Positions 41,190 to 54,939 of a stretch of 64,000 nt of DNA are shown piece after piece. A model generated the notes under the pieces. That model did not search any database. It saw only the letters and a program-made list of their open reading frames with translations, and was not told the origin of the DNA. Position numbers and translations under genes: made by a program. Each line of letters starts with the position of its first letter. Position 1 is the first letter of the stretch. The stretch is from Antedon mediterranea (lineage: Eukaryota > Animalia > Echinodermata): assembly GCF_964355755.1 (NCBI RefSeq), contig NC_092676.1, forward strand, positions 14,526,871 to 14,590,870, given 5' to 3'.

Positions 41190-44100
41190 TAACACGGTCA
41201 AATGGATAAATCTGCAAAACAGAAGCTACCCTCAACAAGATATGCACATTTACCGACTACATATTTAAGGGAAATAAGCCATGTATTCAACAATTAGACT
41301 AGAATTTTGTTTTAGTAAGGAGAATGAAGATGGTAGAGCTGGAACCTGTAAAAAGAGAAAAAACCAAAGTGAGAAGAAGCAGATCAGCTGTACATACTAT
41401 GTAGAGGGAGTGAAGGTATGCCAACAGTCATTTGAGTTTGTTCATTGGTAGAAACTTAACATTCTATTATTAATACTGTTTGTGCATTCCAGGGTTCTCA
41501 CCAGCATATCATTCATTCATTCATCTTTTATTTCGGAAAAAAAATTTCTCCATAGCTCAATAACAAATTAGTGTACATTTTTAAAAATATAAAGGAAACA
41601 AAAATATATAGATATATAAAAAAAACATAGTCACGTGGTGAAAACAACAGCTTCATCCATCTACCATGTAGATAGGATGAAGGAAAAGCAAATTCATAAA
41701 TACATTTTGTGACAATATTGCCTGTCCTCCCCAACCTGCACAACATGCCAAACACCACCTTACGTTGTAGTTCGTAGAACGAGCAGTGTGGTTTTCTACA
41801 AACATGGTTCTGGCACTGCATGACCTAGGTTTATTAAGGAGCAGGCATATAGCATTGTTGAAGCACACATTTAGTGCTTTCATAGATTTTACATTAAAAT
41901 TTGCCCACAGAGAAGCACAGTATAAGTTATTACAATATGTTTTAAGTGATAGTCGTCATATGACTGAAAAAACGTGACGAAGATCGTGTTTCTAGATTTT
42001 GTGTCACATGACAGGACCATGACGAGGACCTTGGCATTCAGATAACTTTCTATGTGATGAATATTCTGCCCAAAAAAAGTATAATGGTACTAGAAATAAA
42101 TGACTAGCCTGGGATGTACAGCATCAATTCCATACATGTTTGTATGCTGTTTGGAACTTGGTTGTTGTGATTCCCCATGCCTTCACTTCTTATCTCTACC
42201 ACTTCTATTAGAAGATTGATAATTTTATGAATTTGGGTTTTTTTTTTACAATTTTTTAGTATATCTGGACATCAACTCACAGGCTTCAAACATTTCAACA
42301 TGGAGGGTGTATCACAGCCACGTAAAAATTTGGGTGGTAGGAAATCTGGTTAGATTGGTCTTAACCGATGCAAACATGTGGCAACATTCATCGAAAACTA
42401 TGGCAGCAGCCACGGTATGCCTTTGCTTGGAAAGACTAACGGTGTTCGAAAAACAGGAAACTAGCCAAATATACTATCAACCTCTAAATCCAAGGTGTCA
42501 TTGTTTAGAAAGTATGTGTTACAAATGGAAGTAAATCGTAGAAGGGTCATTATTAAAGGTAAGCATTGGTTGTAATTTTGATCTTGCAGCATGATGATTT
42601 TGCAGGGATGTTGATGGATGTCAACAGGTTAAGGGCCTGTGTCAAAATTATATTACTCTGTGTAACATGGTGCACCGCGGTTAATGTTATTCCGTGTATT
42701 ACAATTCGTTAATGAGGTGGGTGTAACCATGTTCATTGAAGAGTTGAGTTCTAACGCTACTAACGTTTTGCATCATGCATATTCATGAGGTATTTACTGA
42801 ATCGTTTACTGAATAATAAAAAACAGCACACACGGTAAACGGTTTGTACATTTTGTAATACATTACGTGTGTTTCCGCTGAACTGAACGTGATGTTGTGC
42901 GTCTTGAAAAGCCCGGTCGAAGCAAGCAATTGGTCAGTCCATTTTTATGTCATAATATTTATAACCATCATCTCTCAACATTCTCTCGATCTCGCGCTCA
43001 GCAGTAACTTTGACATCAGACACTCTGTATATTCGATCGATTTAAACATAGTCAATAGAAGTAAAATGACCAAAAAATAATAATAATAATTATTAGCGCC
43101 ATCTTGTTCATCCTGTTAGCTTAGTCAACAACGTCATGCATGTATACCGCCAACGACATCGTGCTATATTTAGACTAGGTTTGCCCACTGTCTGGTCATG
43201 GTCTGTGTGAGAGCATGCAGCTTGTTTTTGAACGTCTAAACAATTGTATAAATAATAGTAACAGTAGAATGTAATAAATTAGGCAGGATATTTATTGTTT
43301 AAACGCTTGTATTAACTCTAAAAATCAACAGAGCGTGTCTCCTGTTTCTGCTGTACTACTCATGAATATTCATTTGCTTACTTATGAATAATCAATTTGC
43401 CAACGTAATTAATGAAATCCACAAGTTTATGTGTAAACGAACATCTGTTAGGTGTGTTAGTGCGTTAACCGCGGTAAACTTTGTGTTTACTGCGTTACAC
43501 GGAGTAATATAATTTTGACACATCACCTAAGGTTGAATAGGGCCAAAAACATTATTTTGAGGTGTCCTGGGGTTTTTTGGAGGGTTGAAATTTGACTTTG
43601 AGAGTTTAGAATAACATTTATGCTGATTTTTATTCAATATTTAATTAGAAATGTTGCTATTATTTTATCTTGCAGGATGACTGTTGAGAGTAGTGAAGCG
43701 TACTACTTTACAGAAAATCTGGCGAGATTTTAGGGTAATGCATCCAATAATGGATCTGTGCTGGGTTTATGTGCAGCATAACACATCCTCTACCACAGTG
43801 CAAATGTCTTTGTTGCTAAAAAGCAAGAGCGGTGAGTCTTTTAATTTATTAGATAATGACTTTAATAATGAAGCTAAGCACAATGTGCATCACTGATGGT
43901 ATATACATACACAATCATTATTATGCTACAACCATTAAAGTGCATGAGCACTCCCTTAATTGACAGGGCACATGTTGCTGGATAAGATGAACATTGTCAT
44001 TTTTGTTGTCAACTCGATAGAAATTAACAACAACCAAGATTATTTGTACTAATTAATACAATCTTTTATGTTACAGTATAACCAACTATGTGGCACATCT

Positions 44101-44990
44101 AAAACATGTGGAGGAAGAGCCTTTTACAGAACCAATGTAGCAATGGCCAAGACTAGCCTTCAAGGTCAAATATTTGGTGAACATATACCCTGGAGTCCGG
44201 ATATAACGAGTCATTACAGTTTGATTTCACCCAACAGATTCTATATCCTAGTGACTCTCTGCAGCCAGGGCTCATATATTTCAAAACGCAATGGAAGTGC
44301 GGCTTATTTGGAATACCTGCTGAAGGCCTTACAAAGCGGGTAAATTATTTGATTGATGAGAGGCACAAAAGTTCAAAAGGATCAATTGCAGTTATTTCTT
44401 ATATTCATGATTTTCTGGATAAATATGGTATATAGGAAAAGTGTTTGTAAATTGCACAGGCCAGAATAAAAACAACTATTTGCTCTGGTATTGTTTATGG
44501 AGATGCATACATGGGCTGTATGAAGACAGTATTCACTTCATGGTAGATGGATTCTTCGGTCTGTTAAAACAACGGTTTTCCAAGACCTTAGTTTCTTCAT
44601 TGTTGTGCAAATCATTGTCTGCTGGAGTGAATTGGAAATGAACAAGGAGAGGTCTATGTCAAAAATGTTGACAGGCAAAGCTTTCTCACACCCTATTTCA
44701 AGAAGATGGTAGGAATTAAAAAAATGCAGCATCTTCATTTTAGCAAAGAGTATCCAGGTGTTGTGTTTTTCAAAGAATATGTCAACAGTCCAGAAGAGCA
44801 AATTAACCTCCTAAAGAACCCTGTAATAATGCCACCTAAAGTGCTTCCAGCAGCTGTACCATCCCCAGGTCTTCCTTTGAAACGCCAGTGGTACCGATTG
44901 ATTATGTCCGAGAATTCCGCAAGGACACTTTTAAGGACACAGTATGCCCACAACCTGCTTTACCATGACAAACGGTTAATTAAAGCATTT
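41190..44990 (+). pseudogene. Decayed intron-containing Sola1-like transposase
   Basis: DFTQQILYPSDSLQPGLIYFKT.WKCGLFGI..VNYLIDE..KGS.AVISYIH..NCTGQNKNNYLLWY..DGFFGLLK..GIKKMQHLHF; 5' boundary uncertain. Confidence 0.65.
42633..43527. mobile_element. PIF/Harbinger-like MITE
   Basis: taa|GGGCCTGTGTCAAAATTATATTACTC ... GAGTAATATAATTTTGACACATCACC|taa; partial inverted copy at 48508-48900. Confidence 0.78.
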
Positions 44991-45199
44991 AAGTGCAATT
45001 TCTTCAGATTAATTCTAAATATTTGCAATCAATAAAAGATGTATTGTCCCTTTGACTAATTCCAAAAAAAAAAAGAAAAAAAGATTTCTTCTTGTCAGGA
45101 AAATGCAACAAAAGGAATGACTGTTTTAACTGTATATATGAACTGTTTTATAAGTTGTTTTGTGACTGTGTAATTTGGTAGTAGTCACTCTCATACTGT

Positions 45200-45650
45200 A
45201 GGCCTACATTTAAAAGTATCACATCCAAATGCCAACTTCAAGTCAATGGCTACCAGATGTCTCTGTGAGACGGTTATTTGAACCAGTACCAGTACCAGTT
45301 GTCCCGAATGTTCTTCCGAACATCCAAGCATTAGCAAGAGAACTATATTGATGCCGGACTGTTGATATGGGAAAAAAACTTGTGGAAAAGAGATGTCCCT
45401 GACAGTCCCAGAATAGTTGCTGACAAGAATTTTTTTTGAAAATTTTCATATGATTCTTCAACTGGTTGGCACCAATATTTAGTACCTTGCGCCATATGAA
45501 AACGTAGAAACTCTATGGCCAATGAGAGGCTTAACGGCTTAGCACTAATGAATATTCATTACAGGATTCCAGTCGATATCCCATATATAATTGTAAGGTT
45601 TTTTTGTCAAAATGACAGGTGAATGCAATTTGTTGATATTTTGGCCAGTA
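45200..45650 (+). pseudogene. hAT transposase C-terminal dimerisation-domain remnant
   Basis: STLRHMKT..RNSMANERLNGLALMNIHYRIPVDI at about 45481-45580. Confidence 0.65.
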
Positions 45651-47890
45651 AGGTTGTGGCTCTATGTTTACATAACAGAGTTCTTAAAGACACTTTCACT
45701 CAGATTGTTTGATCTATTTCAATTAGGTCACAAACTGAATTTTATGTAAAATAATGTAAAATAAGAATTTTTTTATATTTTCTAATTGCATTATTTTTGT
45801 CTCACAAATATAAATTGTATACAGTAGTTGTATTCTGATCGGGTATGAAGCATTTCACATACACACAGAGCCAAAATGGACTTGCACAGTGTACCATGGA
45901 ATCGTAACTGAGAGTGAATTATTATAATAACCGGCCAAGGCTGACAGCAAGAACAAAGTCATTATTTATTGAACGTCTACATGCATCCCAATAATACTGT
46001 ATTTATCAGTAAATTTTTTTAGAATCTCTTCTCCCAGATGTGCTTTGAGGTTTGTAATTTGAACATGACCCGTCCTAGTTTACAAATTATTAAAAATGTC
46101 AGCCTCTAGAACTATAGTTACCGCTCTGATATAGCTTCTGAATGAGTATGTCCTCTTGGGACATAGCTGGCTAAAGCCGCGGGCACGAAAAAAGAAAGCA
46201 TTTAAAAACTGAAACTGCTCAAAGGCTAGACGTGATTTCATTAAATTAAGACAAAAGTACAATTCAGAAAGTATCTATCTGAGGATCATACACACATGGA
46301 TATAAAAACATGGGGCAAATTAATGATGAATGGAGTGCTCCATCGCTATTTCCATTTAAAAAAAACAATATCCTACTTGTATTCTATTATTTTAACATTT
46401 ATTTAAACAGTCCATATTATGCCACAGTACTAAGTGTAATATTTCATCAAAACAGGCATGATGCAATTTTAAAACGAAACATCGTTTATTACATAGCCTG
46501 TAAACAAAACATAGTTCAGACAGTAGAGTAGTAGTAGGATCCGTGCGCAATACACATTAAAGTTCAAAATTGACCGTTTTTAAATGGGCACGTGAATCAT
46601 AATTAAAGAACTATCTTTGATTTGTATGTATTTTTGCGATTAAAGGATATCTTTTTAATAATTAATCATAAATATATCTGAAGAAAGAACACTGATTAAT
46701 TTTAAAATGTCGAGCAGCGTTTTTTGTAAGAAATATTTCTTGTTCATTTAACTTGTATTTTCAGGATTTTTCACAATTTGACAATGATTTCAATGTCAGA
46801 AAATAGTATCCACATTGTTTTAAAGTTAAAAAGTATTAAAGCAAATAGTCATAGACCAATACCTAAAAAGTTTGTAACCCAAAATAATTGTATTCTTCTG
46901 GGCTGAATTTTTATGTGCTCAGAAATCGATTGAAACGATCTATAAATTACTCAAGAGCCGAGCCGACCAGGGGCCCTTGGCATCCCCTTTGTGAAATAAC
47001 ATGTTTGTTATTCAGTTTGATAACAAATTGGCGTCCCTCATAAGCTGTACATTTACAGCATGGATTTTAATGAATTGACGGATATGTAAGTTATATCGAT
47101 TATCAAAGAGATGCATGTAAAAACCACTGCTTATAGCCATATATTAATAATATATATATATATATAATAATAATGTTTATTGTAATGCCACACACGGTAA
47201 CCACATACTTTGTTAAATGCATAATTTAATATTCTATAAATTAACGCTATTTTTAGTTTCTGGAGGTTTCATGAACAACATGATAATAGTAATGTAAAAA
47301 TTGCATATTTTATTATTATTACCAACCAGAAAATATATATGATGTCATCATCGATACGTATCCATGTGTAAAGTTATAAGGTTTCCTGTCGGCATTAGAA
47401 GTTTGCTAGTTCACCAGTGCCTTATTCAAATTCTTATTTGTGGGAAATTTCTATTGATGTAGTTTTTGTCGGGTTTCAAAATGATTATTTATCACTTAAG
47501 AAGAATGGCATGTAAGAAATAAAACTGTTTATACTCAATACTTTCAACATGCTTCTACTCTCTACCTAAAGTACCCACATGCATTTAGCATAAGCGATAG
47601 TGATTTGCCAATTCGCCATGCTTTTTTATCTCCTCAGATCGCTCCTTTTAAATGACGAGACGATGTGGGTTAATGGAAAAACGAAAACTACATAGCTAGC
47701 ATATTGATATAAGATATGCAGTTGTAATTTTTAGGTTATATTATTCTAATACATTTAGATAATTTTTGTTTCGCTAGCCAAGGAAACGTCAATAGTTTTT
47801 GCCTTTATTCCAAAAACTGTTTTTTCTTTTCAGGAAAAGGACACACTGACCTCAAACTACTAATTTCAAGTGACTAAAAGAAGTTAAAGA

Positions 47891-47906
47891 ATGGATCAAG
47901 CAATAG
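47891..47906 (+). CDS. Nuclear receptor, putative first coding exon (MDQAI; exon probably starts at 47834 with 5' UTR)
   Basis: Polypyrimidine acceptor TTTTTTTCTTTTCAG ending 47833; ATG at 47891; donor G|GTATAT; phase 1 joins in frame to 51693. An in-frame ATG at 51710 is an alternative start. Confidence 0.55.
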
Positions 47907-48009
47907 GTATATATACTGTACTTTTATCCAACTTTTATCTTATTATATCTTGTCAGTGCAGCTCAGGTTTCAAAATGATTATTTACCACTTAAGAAGCAC
48001 GGCATGTAA

Positions 48010-49325
48010 GGCCCTGTTTCTGCTGCCAAAAAAATACCTTATTTAATACAGTATTTTTTTATTACCGTATTTATACCGTTTTTTTTTTTTTGGCAGCAGA
48101 AACTGCGCTCATAAAAAAAATACCGTATTTTGTATACAGTACCGTATTTTTCCCACAAAATCTAGTTAGGCCTCACTTCTTGCTAGGCCTGCTAGCCTGG
48201 CCTGAATAGTCTAGGCAAGGCCTAGCTAATGACCACATTCTTTTTCAGTGAACATTGGCGAGACCACGGTCAAACTAAGTGAACTTAACCACAGTAGCTG
48301 AACCGGTTTATCCAACCCTAAAGTCAGATATTACATTATGTCACATACATTGCACTTTACTATTTAACATTTTTTTTCAGTTTATTTTTTGGCAAGTGAA
48401 AAATAATTTTAAATAAAAATAAGTTTAACTTTATGATTTGTACAGGTTTTTTAAAATCCCTTTTAAAAATGTATTTCATAATTCTTGTCTTAACCTGAAT
48501 TGTAAGTGGCCGTGTCAAAATTATATTACTCCGTGTAAACACAGTTAAAACAATGTTTACTGTGGTTGTTCCGGATGTTCATTTATGCATAATCTTGTGG
48601 ATTTCAGTAATTGTGTTAGCAAATTTATTCATGATAATAGTACAGCAGAAACAGGAGACACACTCCATTAATTTTTGGAGTTTAAACAATAAATATCTGG
48701 GCTAATTTATTCATATTCTACTGTTACTATTATTTGTTATAGCACTGTTTAGATGTTCAGAAACAAGCCTCTCATCCAGATCATGACCAGACAGTGGGCA
48801 AACCCTGTAAAGGTCTAAATATAGCGCGATGCCGTTGGTATACACACCTGACGTTGTGACTAGGCTAGCAGGATAAAAAAGACGATGCTAATATTAGCTG
48901 ACAATATATTTCAGAAAAAATAGTAATTACCGTATATTTCGGTGTATAAGTCGCACTTTTGACACGCAAATTTGACCTCTAAATTAAGGGTGCGTCTTAT
49001 ATACCGAACATAAATGCCTCACCACACAGATTGTACATATCGTCACCTCGTTGGCTAGGCCTAGCTACAGTATACTAACGTAGGCTTCTGCCTAGTTTTC
49101 AAGGCATTTTAGCATGATGTTATACTAAATATGATGAAAAGATTTGTTTATTATGGAGCTGCTGTTTTAGGCGCTCCGATAAAATTTCATTTGTAAACGT
49201 TTACGATTGGAATAGCCTAGGCTAGTTTTTATTTATAGTTATACGCACGATCGCCGACCGCCGTACCCCCAGCGCAAGCCCTTCTTGGCAGCCACATGGT
49301 GTACGGTATTCAACTAGTATATTCT
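48010..49325. mobile_element. Three truncated MITE copies in the first coding intron
   Basis: 48010-48150 matches the 25046 family; 48508-48900 is the reverse complement of part of 42633-43527; 48930-49325 is the reverse complement of about 7915-8313. Confidence 0.8.
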
Positions 49326-50970
49326 TGTACTAGTTATTAATCCAATTTAATAGAGCGCATCGGGCTAATGTTTTGTACTAGATTTTAATGTTTTTTCTTA
49401 ATCAATTCTCTTTCACATGAGTTACAAACCTTTTATTTCATAATCATATAACAAAATTAGAATAACTTGAATTACTTAATTTCATCTATACAGTATATAT
49501 CTGTTAATCTCATAGAAAAGTGACCCACATGATTAAAACTTATTATGGACTCATCTGACGATAACCATATGGGGCCTAGGCCTATCGGGAGACGCCTAGA
49601 GAGCATCATTGTAGTTCCCTGGGAATATTTAAAAAAACATCCCAAAAGCGACTTGAAATTAGAGCGCCGAAAACAAGTTTGGTATCAAAGTGTTTGTCAA
49701 AAGCTAAACTTTAACAAACTGACCCTTGCACAGAGTTTGAAAAAATATTTCATGCCCATAAGGCACGTTTTTGGTAAATCCTAGAAATGGGTAGGTCGGT
49801 AGGAAAAGTTTTTTTTTTTTCAGATAAAATATGTGTTGGTGGCAAAATAATAAACAATTTACACAAATGATACAAAAAGACTTTTAAACACTTTTCATAT
49901 CACCCTAGGCTCACGCTAGCTATTATTGTTTCAACAAATGTTTACAAAGGTTTATTAAATATACGTACACCTAGCTTTTTGAGGCAAAAAGGCCTAGGCT
50001 CTAGCTACCATTTTTAAAACAAAAACGATCAAGATCGAAATTAACTATTTCCGTGTTTAAATGCTACATTACGCAAGTTAAAATATTATTATAGATAAAA
50101 AATATTTTATATTGTTTTATTCATACGTAATTACACTTGCCTTAAAGATATAACTTTAAAATGTAGGCCGTTATGAGCCATATTTCGCCGATTTCTTATC
50201 GCGGGGAAATCGATCGATCAAGGAGTAGGCTAGAGGCCTAGCGTGCATGCCGAAATGGATGGATTATTGCTATATAAATAACAAGTTTGAACAAAAGAGC
50301 TTACGACAATCTTAAGTAAATTTTTATTAAACGTATATAGGCCTACTTGCTTGGCGAATCCATGCCTTTTAAATAATTTAACAAGTTCGTAATCGGATCG
50401 TAGTACTTTACAGTAAAACCAAAAAACAACGCATCAAACAACCTCGTGCAATGTTTTTCTTTGCTGCAGATCAACAGAGTCCATTAATTATGAGGGTGTT
50501 TAAAAATGTGATAACTATTGAAAACCTGTCTCAACCACTGTGTAATCAAAGCGTTTATTTAATTAAAACTTGAATCCCCCAAAAATTAATAATCGCATAT
50601 TCCGGTTATCACGTGATTGATTCACAGATGGTTGCACTCTTCTTTTTTACACGTCCGATGGAGGTGAAATATGTTCGCCAATTTGGCGAATAAGACAATA
50701 ATTTGTCGGTTGGGCGTGGCCCTTGGAGGACATGGCCACGACTTCAATCAATTTTTTTTTCTCAATATTTTTGAATTAATTTTCAAACTCGATTCAACAA
50801 TTGTTTATATATATTTGGAAGCATTTTTTTTGTGTTTAATTTTTTGACATGTTTCATGCACAACAAACTGCACATGTAAATTCGGTTTACAATGAACCTT
50901 GATATTCAACCTCATGAGCGCTTTAAGCGCTTCGGGTGAATCGGTTAAGCATAATAAATTTTGTAAATCA

Positions 50971-51041
50971 CGGATAGCTCAGTGAGTAAATTGCTATGGC
51001 CCTTGGTAACAATTCTTAGTACATTCGAGTTCGAATCCGCG
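50971..51041 (+). pseudogene. tRNA-derived sequence (SINE head-like)
   Basis: A-box-like TAGCTCAGTGAG and B-box GAGTTCGAATCC; no convincing anticodon arm. Confidence 0.4.
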
Positions 51042-51692
51042 AAATGTGTAAATAATAATATTAAGTATCACCGCTCCTTAGTCGGGCGCTTGTACAGTTA
51101 CAGAAAACCGGATTTCCAACTACTCTCCTGTACAATTGAAATTTTGAGTTTTTAAAGAAAAATAATTTTCACCAGTTTTGCAAATATATTTTTTGCCAAT
51201 TGACAATTCCAATCGCCATTTGCGAAAACACAAATGGCTAGAGTGAGCATAAAACACAATTTTGTTTGGTTGCCTTCTGGTTCTCAGCCTATTGTTTCTG
51301 ATTGCAACATCCATTACCTTATTCATCTACATCCTCTCACCCCCACCCCTAACCCCCATGAATATGAAAACATTAAACAAATGAGTTTCAAAAACTAAAA
51401 TGCTTTCGCCTTTCAATTCAATTCAATTTCTTTATTGCTGCAAATGCCATCAAGGGCTAATATCCGCTTAAACATACTACATCATACAAACATAGTTATA
51501 CATATTTACATTTAAAATTTAAACACATAAAAATGGTTATTATTATTTTTAATTATTGTAATTATTGTTATTATGATTACCGTTGATCTTGACAAAGTGG
51601 ATTGTTTTTTGCAACTGGTTGAGAAGCACATACATGGTTATAATAATTTATCTTAAAAAATAAAATCAGTTATGCTTAAATATTTCCTTTAG

Positions 51693-51847
51693 ATTCTCAA
51701 GGAATAAATATGGAGATAATCCAATCACAGCAACACGATGATAAACAGTTAAGCAAATTGAATGAAGACTTATGCTTGCCGTGTAAAGTATGTGGTGACA
51801 AATCCTCTGGTTTTCATTATGGTGTTATGGCATGTGAAGGTTGCAAG
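51693..51847 (+). CDS. NR1 nuclear receptor (E78/NR1E-like), exon with first zinc finger
   Basis: tttag|..[26 protein letters not shown]|gtaagc. Confidence 0.95.
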
Positions 51848-52403
51848 GTAAGCACAACTCACTACTACTAGGCAACTTTTTACAATAACTTCCCAAATTT
51901 ATTTAAAACTTAAATTATAAACTTGCCATTGCCAATAAGGGAGGGACAGTAGATCAACAATTCGGCCTTATATGTCGTCTTATTCCAGTACTTTAAAACT
52001 GAACATGATGAAAATTCTACAAAGAAGATGGCCTTACAGTAGATACAGTACATTCCTTTTAGCGTGATCCCTCATCCATGATGTCATTTATACGCCATTT
52101 TGTGAATTTTCATTTTATGAGGTCATCACGCCTAAATATTTGAATAACAATCAAATAAAAGGACACTATTCTTTCTTAGATGAAACAGAAATGTTTGGAG
52201 CCCGATACAATTATGCCCCGCCCCTAAACGATTTGATTCATTAGGATTTACATTACTGGTAGAACCAAAACGGTACCATCCATAATAACACTTGACTACG
52301 ACCCATGTGGACATAGTGCACGTTCACTCAAATCCAGAAGTCCATACCGTCCTGTTGGTGACTGCTTACAAACAATATAAAAAATATATTTTATTTCCTA
52401 CAG

Positions 52404-52545
52404 GGCTTCTTCCGGCGTAGTATACAAAAAAAGATTGAGTACAAATGTCATTTTGCTGGTAACTGTCCAATAGAAAGAATCAACAGAAACCGATGCCAAC
52501 ACTGTAGATTTAAAAAATGCCTAGCAGTTGGCATGTCAAAAGATT
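52404..52545 (+). CDS. NR1 nuclear receptor, exon with second zinc finger
   Basis: ctacag|[47 protein letters not shown]|gtaagt; completes P-box CEGCKG. Confidence 0.96.
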
Positions 52546-54409
52546 GTAAGTCTTTTTAAATTGTTAAATTTTAATCTTTTCTCTGTTATTTTTGTAACCT
52601 GTTTTCCTGTCGTAGTTAGTCGACGCTATCGTCGTTGATCGTTAACAGTTTGAAAACGATCAAGTTGAAATGATAATGATAGCGAGTACCTTTTCCTGTA
52701 AATCTTTAACATTTCAATGTTTACGTAGAAGATCGCTGATTATTGTTAAAGATGGTATCGAATAATGTCAACAGTAAAACATGCTTAAGCTATCCTATTC
52801 TGTATTTTTTTTGATAACTGACAACCAAAATACATGATACATTGAATGATTGTTAAATCTTTTTAATTTACTCTCCCTCATAATTCCATCTATCCATAAT
52901 CAGGATCTTTTTTTTCCCCTATCTTATTCTTGTTTCTTTCTACAAATTTTGTTTGCAGTGTATCTCTAACTCTTGTCAACATAATATTGTAACTGTTTCA
53001 GAAGATTGACCTCTAACTGTAGATATGCAAGAGACTTTGTTATACGTGACCCGATCTGGCAAAGCCCTCTCTTTGTCGGCATTTCAAAATTTATGTAATC
53101 CGCCAAAATACGTCCAAATCGACTACCCTGGCAGATTACATGTTTTTGTATTTTCAAAAAATTTCACTATTTAAGAATATGTCTAACTGATTTAATCTCC
53201 CGAAGTGAGTTTTACGACATTTTGATCGCCAGTTCGCAGCATAATATTGAAAAGTCACATCAAAATAAAGCTCATCCAAATATGGAAGTTTTAAGGTGGA
53301 GTTTAAAGAAAGAACCAATAAAAACTTTGATTAATTCTATGACACCATTTCAGAAAATTCTGTTCTTTGAAGTTTCTGGAACAGCAAACTGCGTGTGTTG
53401 CTATGGCGCATCATCGCAATAACAAATGTTATTGGTCAACGCGCTAGATGTCTTACGCTCTACGCACGGAAATCAAAATTTGTTTACATTTTTATGAGGT
53501 TATTTTCATTTTACACACAGGACCATCGTTGGAATAAAAACAATTTTAATATTCACTAAATGTAAAGTGTTCTGGAATAGCTGTAGTGTTTGTTTATCCT
53601 GTAGTAAAATAGACAAGTCAAAAACACCTTACACAAACATTGCAAATTGTATTATCTATTTTTATATGGATGTAGATAGTTTTATTAGGAAGCAACGTGC
53701 CCAAGTGTTTTTACTCCGTTAATAAACTGTTAAATGCTTTAATAATATGCAAAACGTTAATGAGTTGGGCGGTCTGTGTTCAGCAGAGCGTATCATGGTT
53801 AATACAATGAAATTGATTTACTATCTAACGCGTACAACGGAAGAACAACGTCCATTAAACTCTAACCTAATGATCGTTGTAGCAAGCTTTTATATTCGTT
53901 AAACGCTCATCGGACCCTTGTACTGACAATATCATGCCACACATTACAGAGTTCAATTCAATAATATCTAATAATATTGAAGATTGACGGCAATTGCTGT
54001 AGAAAGGGCCTTGAACTGCACATGTGGTAAACCGTCATTTCGACGGCAAAAAATTGCTGTTAAAACAACCTTAGGCCTACCCAACATTAAATTATCAGCA
54101 CCTAAAATTCCACAATTTTTGTTGAACTTATAGAACATTCCTACAATATACTAATTTTTTGTTTAGCAATGCTTGACGTAAACTCCTTTTTTATTTCGTA
54201 CCCCGTAGACTTAATTGACAGAAAAAAAATGTCCACATTGTAAACACGGATAAAACTCCGACTATTGTATCGGTAGTATCAGCATCGATAGCCTGTTCCT
54301 TTATGGACGATGGCATGGACCAAACAATATAGAAACCGGTCGCCGTCTATCTAGCGCTAAAATATTTACGGTAGCTGCCTCGCGAGTAGTGTTTCCAAAA
54401 ACAGAGGAG

Positions 54410-54770
54410 GAAATTTTGGGCGATATGACGTCACGTTACACGCACCACAGTGTTTTTGGCCGGCCTCCGTGATGCTGCTGCAAGGGTGTCATGTTTATTA
54501 CAAAATACTAAAAAACTGTGTAGATTTAACAATTATTTTATTAGGTAAATAAATCATTACTCTAAACTATCGCTGGCCTCAAGTGTGTCCAAAAACAGTG
54601 GATGAAACTTTGGGCGATATGACGTCAACTTATTAGCAAGCACATGGTTTTTTATCACCGCGATGCGATGTACACATGCACCACAGTGTTTTTGGCCAAC
54701 CTCCGTGATGCTGCTGCAAGGGTGTCATGTTTATTACAAAATACTAAAAAAACTGTGTACATTAACAATT
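54410..54770. repeat. Local direct duplication
   Basis: TTTGGGCGATATGACGTCA and GCACCACAGTGTTTTTGGCC..AAAACTGTGTA each occur twice. Confidence 0.75.
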
Positions 54771-54939
54771 ATTGTATCTATTTAAATGGTGTAATAGGCA
54801 AAACACTTAATATATAAAAACAATGTGCAATTGCCATCTTGCAGCACGGTGGAGTCGCTAAAAAGGGAATTTCCCTACTTGCCCTCAACCAAGCGCGAAT
54901 TTACTATATAGTTCTTCATAGTGTATCCAGTGCGGTGTT

